Origin: Octopus vulgaris
Lineage: Eukaryota
Reading direction: 5' to 3'
DNA length: 64,000 bases
NCBI GenBank assembly: GCA_951406725.2
Contig: OX597836.1
Span: 12,772,001 to 12,836,000 of the forward strand
A program made the translations under genes and the position numbers. The notes under the pieces were generated by a model, which was not told where the DNA came from, made no database searches, and worked only from the letters and a program-made list of their open reading frames with translations. Position 1 is the first letter of the stretch. Every line of letters begins with the position of its first letter. This document shows positions 28,700-41,570 of this stretch, one piece after another.

Positions 28700-31600
28700 A
28701 TTATTTGTGTCTGGAACTGTCGGCCACGTGTTCGGAGGTCTGTTAATTTTTCTTCAAATTTGTAGTTTTGCTGTTTGTCTTTGAACTGTAATTTTGATAA
28801 CCGGGCTTGCCACAAGCAAGACCAACGGGTGTGGCAAAAATTCGCCCTTAAAGGTCTAATTTTGACTTTTAACAACTCAGAAATCCATATTTTGCAAAAA
28901 ATATAAAATTACAATATGGCTTCTCAAGTCGAGCGCGTGGACGTTTCTTGTAACAACCTCTGTGAAATTTCGTTCCCACCGCCACCTAATATGGTTGGGA
29001 AGGAGAGGAAGAGCAGTAACAACAACAGCATCATCACCACCATCAATACTGACGAAGGCATGAAGGGGAGAGTGGAGAAGAACACCGCTACCACCACCGC
29101 CATCACGAGGACCAGCCAGAGCAACAACAGCTTTAAGCGGGAAGGTGAAGAGAAAGAAAAAAAATATTCTTTTACGCTAAACACCTGCAGATTTCACCAC
29201 CACCGCCAACACCATGTCAAACAAAGAAAAAATTAGCAAAACACAGACAACAGTTGATTTTTCTAAGCAAACACATCGTGGGTTCGCACAACGGTGTGTC
29301 GGAAAATGGAGGCGGTGGAATTGTCAAAAGTGGAGTTGGCTAGAGCCAAGATGCATCTAACTAGAACTGGCAGAACAGTCCACCAGAAGAGGTGCAGGAA
29401 GAAATAAAACGCAAAACAATAATATACAGAGAGTAGGAGTGGCTGTGTGGTAAGTAGCTTGCTTACCAACCACATGGTTCCGGGTTCAGTCCCACTGCGT
29501 GGCACATTGGGCAAGTGTCTTCTACTATAGCCTCGGGCCGACCGAAGCCATGCGAGTGTATTTAGTAGACGGAAACTGAAAGAAACCCGTCGTATATGTG
29601 TGTGTGTTTGTGTGTCTGTGTTTGTCCCCCCAACATCGCTTGACAACCGATGCTGGTGTGTTTACGTCCCCGTAACTTAGCGGTTCGGCAAAAGTGACCG
29701 ATAGAATATGTACTAGACTTACAAAGAATAAGTCCTAGGGTCGTTTTTTTTCCCAAGGTCTGGGCCCGCCCCTAAGCCCTAGACCATCACCTAATCACCC
29801 TTACCCGTCTTGTTGCTTGACAACAACAACAACAACAACAGCAACACACAGCAATAAACATAAACAACAAAGAATTAATGGCACACATATGCAACTGTAC
29901 AGACATCACAAAGACCGATTTCATCACACCATCAAACACCTCACCGCCACACATAGAGTTCTTGCTGACATCGCAAAACACGTACAAAATAAAAACGAAA
30001 TATCCTGAAGGAGTTGGGGCCTTCAGGAAATATTTAAACAAAAGACTTTACAACGAATTGCACGTGGAAACAGCCACAAATAACCATGAGGACGGAATAA
30101 CCATCTCCACCTCACCAACAAAATCGCAGTAAGTAGCTTTGTCTGCTTCTATCCATGGCCTCACTTACCATAGGCAGTATAAATGCACGTGGCCTGGGGT
30201 CACCTTGGAAACAGAGTCATCTACTCAATGACTTTAGGTCACTAAAGTCTATATGGTGGCCATCAGTGAAACCAGACTCTCCGACCGATGAGCGTTCATG
30301 GCCATTTTCGATGGATACGAGATTTATTTATCTCCATGTCAACGGGAATGGGAGGTGGGACTCCGGTGTTGTTCCGGAGAGACCTGGATCTCGAGATAAG
30401 GACTATCTTCCTGTACCCAGAAGGTAAGTTAGTGGTTTTGGATGTGAACAGTAGTGACAGGGGTACCTTCAGGCTGGTGGTTGTCTTGAAAGTTTTCCTA
30501 GCAACATCTCGTCCTTTAGTGCTTATGAGTGACTGGAACGCTGTCTTAGAACCACGTTTGGACCGTGTGGGGCTAGCAAATAGAGGAGGTGGGTGCAAAA
30601 ACTTCGCATACCTGCTCAGACGTTTTCAACAGTTTGTTTTCAACATGTACCGGTTGGATTAACCGAATGTGCCAGCGTTGGCCTGGTCTAACCCATCGGA
30701 TCATCCAGGTTGTATCAAGATAGAATTTTCTGTAAGTCAGTAGAAAAGAATAGCGTCACCTACACAGACCACAAATTTGTCATCTCTACGGTCGACTTAA
30801 ATAGACTACGTAGGCAGGGACCAGGTTACTGGAAGCTGAACGAATCACTCCCGGTGTGCCAAGCTTACAGAGACCGGATTAGGGAATTAGTTAAGCGAAC
30901 ATTAACGAGGTCAATTCTTAACAATAAATGGAAGTAGCCCTGAAAATAACAATCAGAATAGAATCGATTAGATTGAGTACGGAACAAGCGACAGAAAGAA
31001 ATAATACAGAGGGAAAGCTAGTTAGAAACTTAGAAGAGGCACTTAGGATAGGCATTGCAACTGCTGGGGGCGAGTTTGATCCTCAACCAAGTTTTCAACG
31101 CGAAGTACGAAGGATGCATTGTCAGAGCTAAGGCACGTGCTCTAAGAAACGAGGCAATTAAAACTGCTGGATGGTCCCGAGTGGCAGAGGCTCAACGTGG
31201 CAACAAAGCCACAATTCGGTCTTTAATGGACCAAAATGAGCCCAAGTAGATGTGTGCGGTATTTTAGCGGCACTTCGCCCAACTCTTTGGGACGAATGGT
31301 GAGCCAGAACGCAGGACGGACTTTAGTGCCTACCTCGACGGCATGCCACGACTCTTGGCGGTAGGTGAGGTGAAGCGTTGCGAAATGATGATAACAGCCA
31401 TGGAAATATGGGATACGATAATGTGCTGCACGGTGAGCAAATCGCCTGGTGTGGATGGTCTGCCCTTACGAGTTTTACTATTATATGTTAGACTTGTTTG
31501 GCGACCACTTAGCAGATATCTACCGCAGCTGGCAACAGAACGGGAGAATTCCTAGTTCTGTGACTCGAGGGGTGGTGGTACTGATGAGAAAGGACCCAAA

Positions 31601-31968
31601 CAAGGGGTATCGAATAGAAAATTTTAAGGCCATAATGCAACAGAACGCAGACTTCAAAATTTTGGCCAAGGTGCTAGCGAAGAGATTGGCGCTTGTCGTT
31701 GAGGAACTGATTGGTGATGCGCAAACATGCACCATCCCAAGCAGATCCATCCACGACAACCTCCACCTCATATGACACCTCATTGACAGGGTGGGTAATG
31801 AAGCTGGCATGGGTGGGGCTTTGATCAATTTGGATTAATCTAAAACCGATACTTTGTGGCCGTTCTCACGGCAGCCGGTTTCGGTCCTATTTTCCGTAGC
31901 TGGATCGCAGCAATGTACAGCGACATCTCCTCGGTAGTTCGGGTGAATGGTTACCTATCGGAACCATA
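28700..31968 (+). mobile_element. Decayed L1/Tx1-clade LINE (putative 5'UTR, ORF1 remnant, and APE plus N-terminal RT of ORF2), 3'-truncated
   Basis: ORF2 from 30155 shows APE motifs (GSINARGL, SDWNAVL, YQDRIF, TDHKFV, GPGYWKLN) and RT motifs (KSPGVDGLP/EFY, KILAKVLAKRL, QTCTIPSRSIHDNL, VRVNGYLSEP), broken by frameshifts and stops. ORF1-like pieces at 28916-30132 are interrupted by a SINE. The 5' boundary is uncertain. Confidence 0.85.
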
Positions 31969-32895
31969 TATTCATAACATAAATTCCAAATTCAAATCTT
32001 GAAAATCTCAATAAATGCAGACACCTCTCCTAGCAAACAAAATTTATATATGGACCCACAAATTGTAATTTTTTTACTCGTGGATTCCGGTTGGGAACCC
32101 CTGAATTAGATAGTGTTGTCCTTCATATCTTTAGAAAGAGAGGATGGTCCGGACATGGTCCCAGGAATTTTTCGAAGGGAGGGCACAAGATCTGAAGGGA
32201 ATACAATTCCAGGAGAAAAGGGCGTAATAACATTATTTAGACGGGCGCACACACCTCAGTACCCCCTCCCTTGGGTCCGCCCCTGTGGTCCTGGTGTGAA
32301 CAACTTTGATTATGCATGTTCTCTACCAGGTCACCCTTGAGGCTAACAACCACCACAACAATTATAACAAGAAACGACGCACTGGTATATATTGGATTGG
32401 ATGATCACGGTTGGAACGATTTTGATCAGGTCTACTCTGGATGGCACAGGAGTGGCAGTGTGGTAAGTAGCTTGCTTACCAACCACATGGTTCCGGGTTC
32501 AGTCCCACTGAATGGCACCTTGGGCAAGTGTCTTCTACTATAGCCTCAGGCCGACCAAAGCCTTGTGAGTGGGTTTGGTAAACGGAAACTGAAAGAAGCC
32601 CGTCGTATATATATAAATGTATGTGTGTGTGTATGTTTGTGTGTCTGTGTTTGTCCCGCGAACATCGCTTGACAACCAATGCTGGTGTGTTTACGTCCCC
32701 GTAACTTAGCGGTTCGGCTAAGAGACCGGTAGAATAAGTACTGGGCTTACAAAGAATAAGTCCCGGGGTCGATTTGCTCGACTAAAAGGCGGTGCTCCAG
32801 CATGGCCGCAGTCAAATGACTGAAGCAAGTAAAAGAGTAAAAGAGACATGAAGCAATAGAAACGGTGACGGACGGGCAGCGCTAATGGTGATTGC

Positions 32896-32953
32896 TGTGG
32901 CGGCGGCGGCGGCGGTGGTGGTGGCGGTGGCGGTGGTGGTTGTGGTGGTGGCA

Positions 32954-32985
<32 letters not shown>

Positions 32986-33012
32986 GGTGGTGGCGGTGGC
33001 GGCGGTGGCGGC
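32896..33012. repeat. (GGC/GGT)n GC-rich trinucleotide tract
   Basis: Rare GC-rich triplet repeat in this AT-rich window, next to the CCAAT/X-box module. Confidence 0.9.
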
Positions 33013-33080
33013 AACGTTGATATTCCCTCTGAGAAAAAGAAGACAAAAAAAGAGCAAATACGGCGATCTCTAGAACTCCG

Positions 33081-33245
33081 GCGCTGATTGGTCAGTTAAA
33101 TGTAGACCTGTTCGTTGATTGGTCAGCTAAATGTGGACCATTTCATTGAGAGATCAGCTAAATTTAGCTGAGAGCATTGATTAAAATAATTGAGTTGCAA
33201 TCACTTTAATATGTCATCTAATCAAGGTTGGTTGCTATGGGTAAC
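33081..33245. promoter_or_regulatory. Promoter-like module: two CCAAT (NF-Y) boxes and an RFX X-box
   Basis: TGATTGGTC twice (ATTGG at 33087 and 33118, 31 bp apart). GTTGCTATGGGTAAC at 33231-33245 is a close match to the X-box consensus GTNRCC(N0-3)RGYAAC. Next to a GC-rich (GGC/GGT)n tract. Confidence 0.5.
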
Positions 33246-33559
33246 GTCTAAATTGAAGCAATCGATTAGCCCATACTTAGTTTATAAGGGCCGCTTTAGT
33301 GTCAACATCATCATTATCATAGGCGGATGTGTGGTAAGAAGTTTGCTTCACAACCATATGGTCCCGGGTTCGGTCTTACTGCGTGGTATCCTTGGTTATT
33401 TAGCCTTTATGGTAGACGGAAACCGAAAGCAGCTTTTCGTAGATAGGGTGTTCGGGATAAATTTGATGCTGGCAGAAATGTTAGCATGCCGGGCGAAATG
33501 CGTAACCGTATTTCGGCTGCCGCAACGTATTTCGGCTGCCGAGGTCGACTTTGTCTTTC

Positions 33560-33932
33560 ATCCTAATCCTAAAACCCTAACCCTAAAACATTAATCCTAA
33601 CCCTAAAACCTTAAAGCTAAAACCAATACAAACGCACGAACGATGTCATAAATAACAGTGACAAACGAAAAAACACCGCCGATAGTTGTTGTTGACAAAC
33701 AACGGCAGTAATTTTATTCAGCGGAATACACGTCATTGATTGGTTGAAATTATCGAAATATGAGAACTTTAACGTGAAATAACTTCGTAAATATAAGATA
33801 TAAGTTTTTTCTCAAAAATACTAAGAATAAAAGATGTTTTATATGACACATTCTACCAGAGCCCGAAGTTTGAAAGTGTCTAGTTACCAAAAATTATTTT
33901 TTTAAATCTGTCGGTCAAAAGGTAAAAATCCC
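33560..33932. mobile_element. Partial relative of the 26219-27079 element
   Basis: Shares CGTCATTGATTGGTTGAAATT, AAAGATGTTTTA..TGACACATTCTACCAG, a similar terminus (AAAAATCCC) and CCCTAA repeats. Confidence 0.6.
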
Positions 33933-34378
33933 AATATTCAAATGGCTTCCTGTGCTCCATGTCAGTTAACATTTTCTAGGCTACAGCTTCAGTATTTATG
34001 CTCTCCAACACCGTTGACTGTTCACCAAAACATCAAGTTGTTCTTGAAAAGGGAGACAAAATATCAAGTTTATCCCGAACACACTGTACACAGGTTTGAA
34101 TACATTCACAAACACAAGCGCGCATAGATATGTATATAAATGCTAGTGTAGGAGTGAGGGTGACAAAGTGAACAATAATATACTTGATGTACAAAGCAAC
34201 AGTGTTTTCTTTTCAATATTAACTAAAACAAATTAATATTTGACAAATATTTTCTGACTGATTTTGTCGAATTTGCGTTTAAAACTGACGTAAGGGAGAT
34301 AATCCCTGAAACACTTTTTTTTCTGATTTTCTGTGTGTGTACGTAAAGATATTTGTGTGTTTATATACACATACATAC

Positions 34379-34419
<41 letters not shown>

Positions 34420-34423
<4 letters not shown>

Positions 34424-35435
34424 AAACAAGTCAAAAATAGAAAATGCTAAAATAATTTTATAGTGAACATTTCAGTACCGGTTTCGGTCATTTTGAGACC
34501 TTTTCAACTGTAACGATTAAATAATTAAATTTAGAAAAATTAGAAGAAAAGTTTTTTTAAAAGAATATTTCTATAGTAGTGTTCAGATTTAAGTGGCATT
34601 CTGCCTTTCTCTGACTCCCTTGTTTGCACTTGTGTGTCGGAGGTCGTTGTGAGTTCTTGGAAGGGTAGTAGAGGAAGAAGGCTGGTGGGGAAAGGGGGAT
34701 GGGAGAATCTGGGAGTGCCCTGATGGTCGTATTTTGAATGGTCAGTGGCAGCTGGCAGTCTCAGTTCAATTCAGGAGAATATTTATATTGACAGGCTTGT
34801 TTATAGAATTAGCGTAGGTGTTATACTAAAAAACATTAGTGACAAAGTTAAGGGGTAGGGGGTGGAGAAGAAGAAGAAGAAGAAGAAGAAGAAGAAGAAG
34901 AAGAAGAAGAAGAAGAAGAAGAAGAAGGAGAAGATGACGATGATGGTGGTGGTGGTGATGATTATGACGACGATGATGATGATAATGATGATGATGAAGA
35001 AGAAGAAGAAGAAGGGGGAGGAGAAGGAGAAGATGGTGGTGATGATGGTGGTGATGATGATGACGACGATGATGATGATAATGATGATGATGAAGAAGAA
35101 GAGGAAGAAGAAGAAGAAGAAAAAAACAGAGAAGGGGGAATATGAATGGGTGTAAGTATAGCTATGAAGGGGCTGATTAGTAATGGATTCTATGGAGTGT
35201 AATATTTGTGTGTGTATATATATTTTTTTTCTAAAGTTGAGGTATATTAATTGTTTGTCGTAGACCCGTTTAGAAGTGGCTTGTATTTTGTAATAAAGAG
35301 ATTTTCTTTACTTATTCGTTGTCTCGAGGTTGTATCGTCCCTAAATTGGTAGAGGGGGAAAATTCTGAAGTTTGGTGTTTTTTGTTGGCGCAAGTATCTA
35401 TGTGTTGGCTAAAAGCTATTTTTCTGTTTTGGGGA
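34420..35435 (-). mobile_element. Penelope-like element 3' fragment (GIY-YIG C-terminus plus 3'UTR with hammerhead)
   Basis: 35247-35435 reads PQNRKIAFSQHIDTCANKK/PNFRIFPLYQFRDDTTSRQRISKENLFITKYKPLLNG..* (R...E..FI..Y.P.LN motif, one frameshift). Bounded on both sides by (TA)n and interrupted by (AAG)n/(ATG)n expansions. Confidence 0.75.
34473..34510 (-). ncRNA. Minimal type I hammerhead ribozyme motif, U3-A8 core variant
   Basis: CAG-UUGAAAA-GGUC(ucaaaau)GACC-GAAA-CCGG-UA-CUG. Stem I is CAG/CUG, stem II is GGUC/GACC, stem III is the palindrome ACCGGU, and the cleavage triplet is GUA. Confidence 0.65.
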
Positions 35436-35858
35436 ATTTTTATCTATATATATATATATGCATATTTACACAATATATGTACATGCCTACATATATATGT
35501 ATATATACATACATATATAGGTACAGGACATATACACACAAAAACAGACACACACACATACATAGACATACATACATAGATACATACAAACATACATACA
35601 TATATATGCACATATATATTACATATATATACATACATATATATACATGCATAAGTTTATATATATATATATATGTATATATTTATATGTGTGTGTGTGT
35701 GTTTGTGTGTATACACACATATACATACATATATACATGCATACACACATTCATGTATACATGCATACATACATACATACATTCATATATGCATATAAAT
35801 ACATACATACATACATACTTACATACATACATACATACACACACACATATATATATAC

Positions 35859-35892
<34 letters not shown>

Positions 35893-36558
35893 ATGTATAC
35901 ACACATATATACATACATATATACATGCATACACACATTCATGTATACATGCATACATACATACATTCATACATGCATATAAATACATACATACACACAC
36001 ATACGCACGCACATACATATGCATGCAGACACATAGGAACGGTGGAGCCTTCTGGGCCTTCGTACACTAACTACAATATTATTTAGAAAATTACTCCCGC
36101 ATGCATATAAACTGGCTACACAAATACGAACACGCATACAAACACCACGCACACAGACACATACACACGTGTGCGTGCGTGTGTGTGTGTGTGTGTGTAA
36201 TTAAATTGTATGCATACGGACAGATGCAAACAGATAATGCTGGTATTTTACACTTCGATGTCCTCCAACCAACCGACAGACCGACCAACCAGCCAGCCAG
36301 CCAACCGACCGACCAACCGACCGACTGACCAGCCAGCCAACAGACCGACCGACCGACCAGCCAGCCAGCCAGCCAACCGACCGACCGACCGACCAGCCAG
36401 CCAGCCAATCTTTCCAGTTTTACAAATGAATTCTATAGCAAACTCACTCTTACTGGTTCCTGGGTGGATTAATTGTAACCTAGCAACCGTGGATCTTTCA
36501 TGGATCTTGCAGTCGATTCAGACTTTGTTTATTTTTACATCTTTTGTTTATATTTCTT

Positions 36559-36596
<38 letters not shown>

Positions 36597-36692
36597 AGAC
36601 AAACAATGGAATTATTTTCCTCTTGACTTTAACAACGTACTTGGAGTAAATACACTTACGCACACTTTATACGTACATACATATACACATAA

Positions 36693-36724
<32 letters not shown>

Positions 36725-36818
36725 GTGTGTGTGTATATATATATATAAGTCTATATATACATATATATGTATATATGCATTTATATACATATGTTTGTAT
36801 GTATGTGTATATATATAT

Positions 36819-36890
<72 letters not shown>

Positions 36891-38884
36891 ATATGCATTT
36901 ATATACATATATGTTTGTACGTATATGTAAATATGTATATGCATACATGCCAATATATATATATATATATATATTACACATATATATATTACACACATAT
37001 ATATATATTACACATATATATTATACATGTGTGAGAGTTTCAATGTTGCTTTATATTAGAGCGTAACGAAATTATGCTTTCCCTATACTCCAACCGAAAC
37101 CTACACTTTAACGTTAGACGTTTCTGGAATGGAGTAGTTAAAACCAATATTAATATAACCAGTCCGTCATATGGTACGATTACAATATGTTTTGAAAATG
37201 TAATATCTATACATGTCATAGCTAATGGCTTAATATATTGGACTGAAAAGGCGGCGGCGAGCTGGCAGAAACGTTAGCACGCCGGGCGAAATGCTTAGCG
37301 GTATTTCGTCTGCCGTTACGTTCTGAGTTCAAATTCGGCCGAGGTCGACTTTGCCTTTCATCCTTTCGGGGTCGATTAAATAAGTACCAGTTACGCACTG
37401 GGATCGATGTAATCGACTTAATCTGTTTGTTTGTCCTTGTTTGTCCCCTCTGTGTTTAGCCCCTTGTGGCAATAAAGAAATAAGTATCATGTTTATAGGA
37501 TGATACCGGAAAATTAAACGAAGGAAAAGTAAAGACCGTTATTTTATTTAATCGAAGCAGGCACAGAATAATACAGTTCTGAAGCAGAGTATCTTTAATC
37601 TTTATTAATCTACTTAAAAAGGAAAAGAACAAAACTATTTCTAAACACCGTAAGAAAATTAACCAACTTCAAAAACAGGGTCTGTTTGCTCAATACAGAG
37701 TACAGTATACTGCATGGTACGGCACACTATTTCCGGATTTCTGGAAATTCCGGATTTCTGGAAATTCTGAATTTCTCGAAACTAGATAAGGGGTCCAGTT
37801 CTGTATTAACAAATAACGAAAAGAAAGTAATTAGACGGGAAAAGGAGGCCAGATCCTGTAGAAACTAAGGATTGTTGTTATTTAGCCCCGGGTCGGGACT
37901 AAACGAGCAGATCCATAATCAAATCAAATGCATTCTAAATGTGACCCTCTATCCTTTTTTGTGGTTATTATCTAATGAAGTCATACTTTTGTTTAACCCT
38001 TTTTAGCTTATCTATGATCAAATGGAAGGCCTTCCTTACGCGACCATCTCGTCTTTTTAGGAATTATTTTAGGCTATATTACCTAGTGTAATCATTTCTC
38101 ATTTTTTAACCCTTTTATTACCATACTGAAGGCGCTTGACTCAGTAGTTAGAGCGTAGGGCTTACGATCGTGAGGTTGTGAGTTCGATTCCCGGTCCGGG
38201 CTGCATATTGTGTTTTTGAGCAAGACACTTTATTTCACGTTGCTCCAGTTCACTCAACTGTAGAAATGAGTTGCGACATCACTGGTGCCAAGCAGTATCG
38301 GCCTTTGCCTTTCCCTTGGATAACATCAGTGGCGCGGAGAGGGTAGGTCGATATGCATGGGCGACTGCTGGTCTTCCACAAACAACCTTACCCGGACTTG
38401 TACTTCGGAGGGTAACTTTCTAGGAGCAATCTCATGGTCATTCATAACCGAAGGGGGTCTTCTCCTCATTACCATTCTCCTGTTTCGAAATTTTTGAATA
38501 TTTCGAACGCAGGAGAATAGTTGTGAAAACAGATTTAATTTCGGAAATAATGAAGACTAAAGTAAATATTATTTCATAGGGTGCATACAGAACAGAGAGA
38601 ACTTTAACAATGGGTGTCCAATCAGAACAATTCTCCCTATCAAGCCAGCTTGGCAGTGTTACTTGTTAAGTTGGTGGTGGCCCAAACATGCAGCAGTTTG
38701 TATTGGGTTACAACTTTCTCTCACTCTTTCTTCCTGTTTTTTGTCCCCGACTCCCTACGCAACCGCCGAGCCCTGGATGCGCATTCATCCATCCGTCGAT
38801 GCTCTCGATGTCGGGGGTTGACCTGCCTTTCGGCGATGCTTCGGTATATGTACACACGTGACTTTGTTTACATTTCTGAAGATT

Positions 38885-39081
38885 TTTTGTCAGGGAACAG
38901 GTCGCGGTCTTAAAGCGACGAAGATATTTTGACAAATTAAACTTAAATGTTGAAGTGAATCGAACGGCTTTTGTATGTTTCTTAAATGGCTTACAAACAC
39001 CTTCCACGCTGCAATTGTTTTCGTTTGCAGCACACGATCTCAGATCAAATCACTTGCTAGGCAAGTACATGTTCTCTCCGT
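38885..39081. repeat. Interspersed repeat with an inverted copy at 45861-46060
   Basis: About 200 bp match the reverse complement of 45861-46060. The terminal motif ACGGAGATGTAC also ends an adjacent element at about 39310. Class not determined. Confidence 0.7.
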
Positions 39082-39715
39082 CTTTTTATCACTATTTTTT
39101 TGTTTGTTTTGGTGCCCGGGTCAGCCCCTCAGACGCTTTCGGAAATTCCCGATGTGAATTTTCCGAGTACTCTCCCCCACTACCCTTTCGCGTGCGCGCA
39201 TTTTTTTTTTCATATTCGTTCAGAGGAAGTTGTTTTACACCTATTACACACATTTTTTTTTTTGTTTCTTTGAATGGTGTAACGCTTTAGTTTAACCAGT
39301 ACATCTCCGTAAGAAACCCTTTTCTCCCACCCCTAACCCTAACACAAACCCTAACCCTAACCCCCATATATATATATATAAAAAAACAACACTTTTTTTA
39401 AATGTATCCGGTACTTACACCGGTACTTACACCGGTACATATACCGAAGGTTCGCCCTGATTTCCCTTCTGCGGGTCTTACGAATAGCAAAGGACCATGT
39501 TTCGGACTTCTCCCACTACACTCTGGGACGAAGACCGCTTCGCTCAATCAGCAACAGCAGCAAATGCGTCTACTTACGCAGGGGAGATAACTCTCAGTGC
39601 CTCACTATTAACCAGCTGGCAATAAGCGAGGCAACAGTCTTTGGCTTCGGCGTCTGCCATATTTCTCTCCTCATATTCCTACTCATCTAATTCCTTGCCA
39701 AAAACATCGATCAAG

Positions 39716-39723
39716 ATGGTTCC
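39716..39723 (+). CDS. Candidate alternative first coding exon (distal): ATG GTT CC|gtaagt
   Basis: Good Kozak context (aagATGG) and perfect GTAAGT donor in phase 2. Splicing to 60377 would give M-V-P-V-T-H. Preceded by unique CpG-containing sequence at 39500-39715. Confidence 0.4.
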
Positions 39724-40797
39724 GTAAGTATAGTTATTACTGTTATTGCATCTATATTCCATCCGTTATTGCTAAACTAAACAAAAACTTGAAATCAGTA
39801 ATGTTTTCGCTTCGCTTTGTTCTTTTTTCTTTCACATAATGTCGAAGTGTTATTTAAACTAACCTCAAACGCTAATCGTTTCTTATATAAAACCTTACAT
39901 AACTACTTATATAAGGGAAGAAATACACTTGTTTCTTAAAATGTGGTCGTTGCAGAAACCAAAACAAACCGATCGCAGGTTTTACAAGCCTTACTTAGGG
40001 AGTCGGATCGAGAAATTACCGGCTTCTGCGAACGTGGTCTATCGATTTGTTAGAAATAGCAGTCACAGTTTCATCGAGTTACACCGAGCAGTTTTTATAA
40101 ATGAAAACATTCAATCGATAAATATTAGTTGGTCCTAGAAGTGGTATTTCTGAAAAGGGAAAAGAATGATGACAAAAAAAAAGACAGGATGGTCACATCT
40201 GGAACGTTTTTTGGCTACGTGTCATCCAGTTCAGTCGGGCTTAAACGGTGACAACTAACTTCATGTTCTTAGACAGTTTCTCAAAAGTTATTTGATCAAC
40301 AACAGAGAAAGAAATTCCCTCTGAAATTGGAATTCGTGTTGTTGTTGTTTCGCTCATGATCGACTCTAACCGAACTAGTATCCAAAGTTATTCCAGCCGT
40401 GACCATCCCGATTGAGAGAATCGTTAGCACGCCGGGCGAAATGCTCAGCGGTATTTCATCTGCCGTTACTATCGGAGTTCAAATTCCGCCGAGGTTGACT
40501 TTGCCTTTCATCCTTTCGGGGTCGATTAAATAAGTACCAGTTACGCACTGGGGTCAATGTAATCAACTTAATCCGTTTGTCTGTCCTTGTTTGTCCTCAC
40601 TGTGTTTAGCCCCTTGTGGGCAGTAAAGAAATAGGTATTTCGTCTGCCGTTACGATCGGAGCTCAAATTCCGCCGAGGTCGACTTTGCTTTTCATCCTTT
40701 CGAGGTCGATTAAATAAGTACCAGTTATGCACTGGGGTAGATGTAATCGACAAATCCCCTCCCCCAAAATGGCTGCCCTTGTGGCAAAATTTGAAAC

Positions 40798-40843
<46 letters not shown>

Positions 40844-41281
40844 TAGATATCATGCATCGAGGCTTGTGTTACCTAATTTGTCCTTCCCGTTTATTAAGGT
40901 GATATGCAGTGTTTAACGTATTGGAGGTTTGACTGCTATGTCTAACACGTCACACGATTAAGCGAAAGACCCCTTATTCGTTGTTTTAACGTCTGCTATT
41001 GAGCCACATCATTTTTGGGAAGGATTTTAATTTATTAAAAGGAATGCATTCTTTTCTTATACAGTCTGATAAAAAATCTAATTCTCTGTCTGTCTATCTG
41101 TCTTTCTCTAATACAAACACACACATAATACGTGTATGTATGTATGCATGCATGTCTATCTGTATTGTGTGTATATGAATGTATGCTTATATATGTGTAT
41201 GCATGTACATGTGCATATATATATATATATATTTGTATATACGCACACATGTATGCGTGTATATGTATATATATATATATG

Positions 41282-41327
<46 letters not shown>

Positions 41328-41361
41328 CATATACACACATATATGTGCATATATATATGTG

Positions 41362-41429
<68 letters not shown>

Positions 41430-41509
41430 CGTATATATATATATATGTGTATGTATGCATATATGTGTGTGTGTGTTTGTTTCTATATGTATATGTGTAC
41501 TCACACACA

Positions 41510-41570
<61 letters not shown>

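Noticed and set aside
32718-33014. Poly-proline ORF as a formin/WASP-like exon
   Set aside because: A simple triplet repeat running into a SINE, with no donor or flanking domain exons found. Kept only as part of the promoter-like finding.
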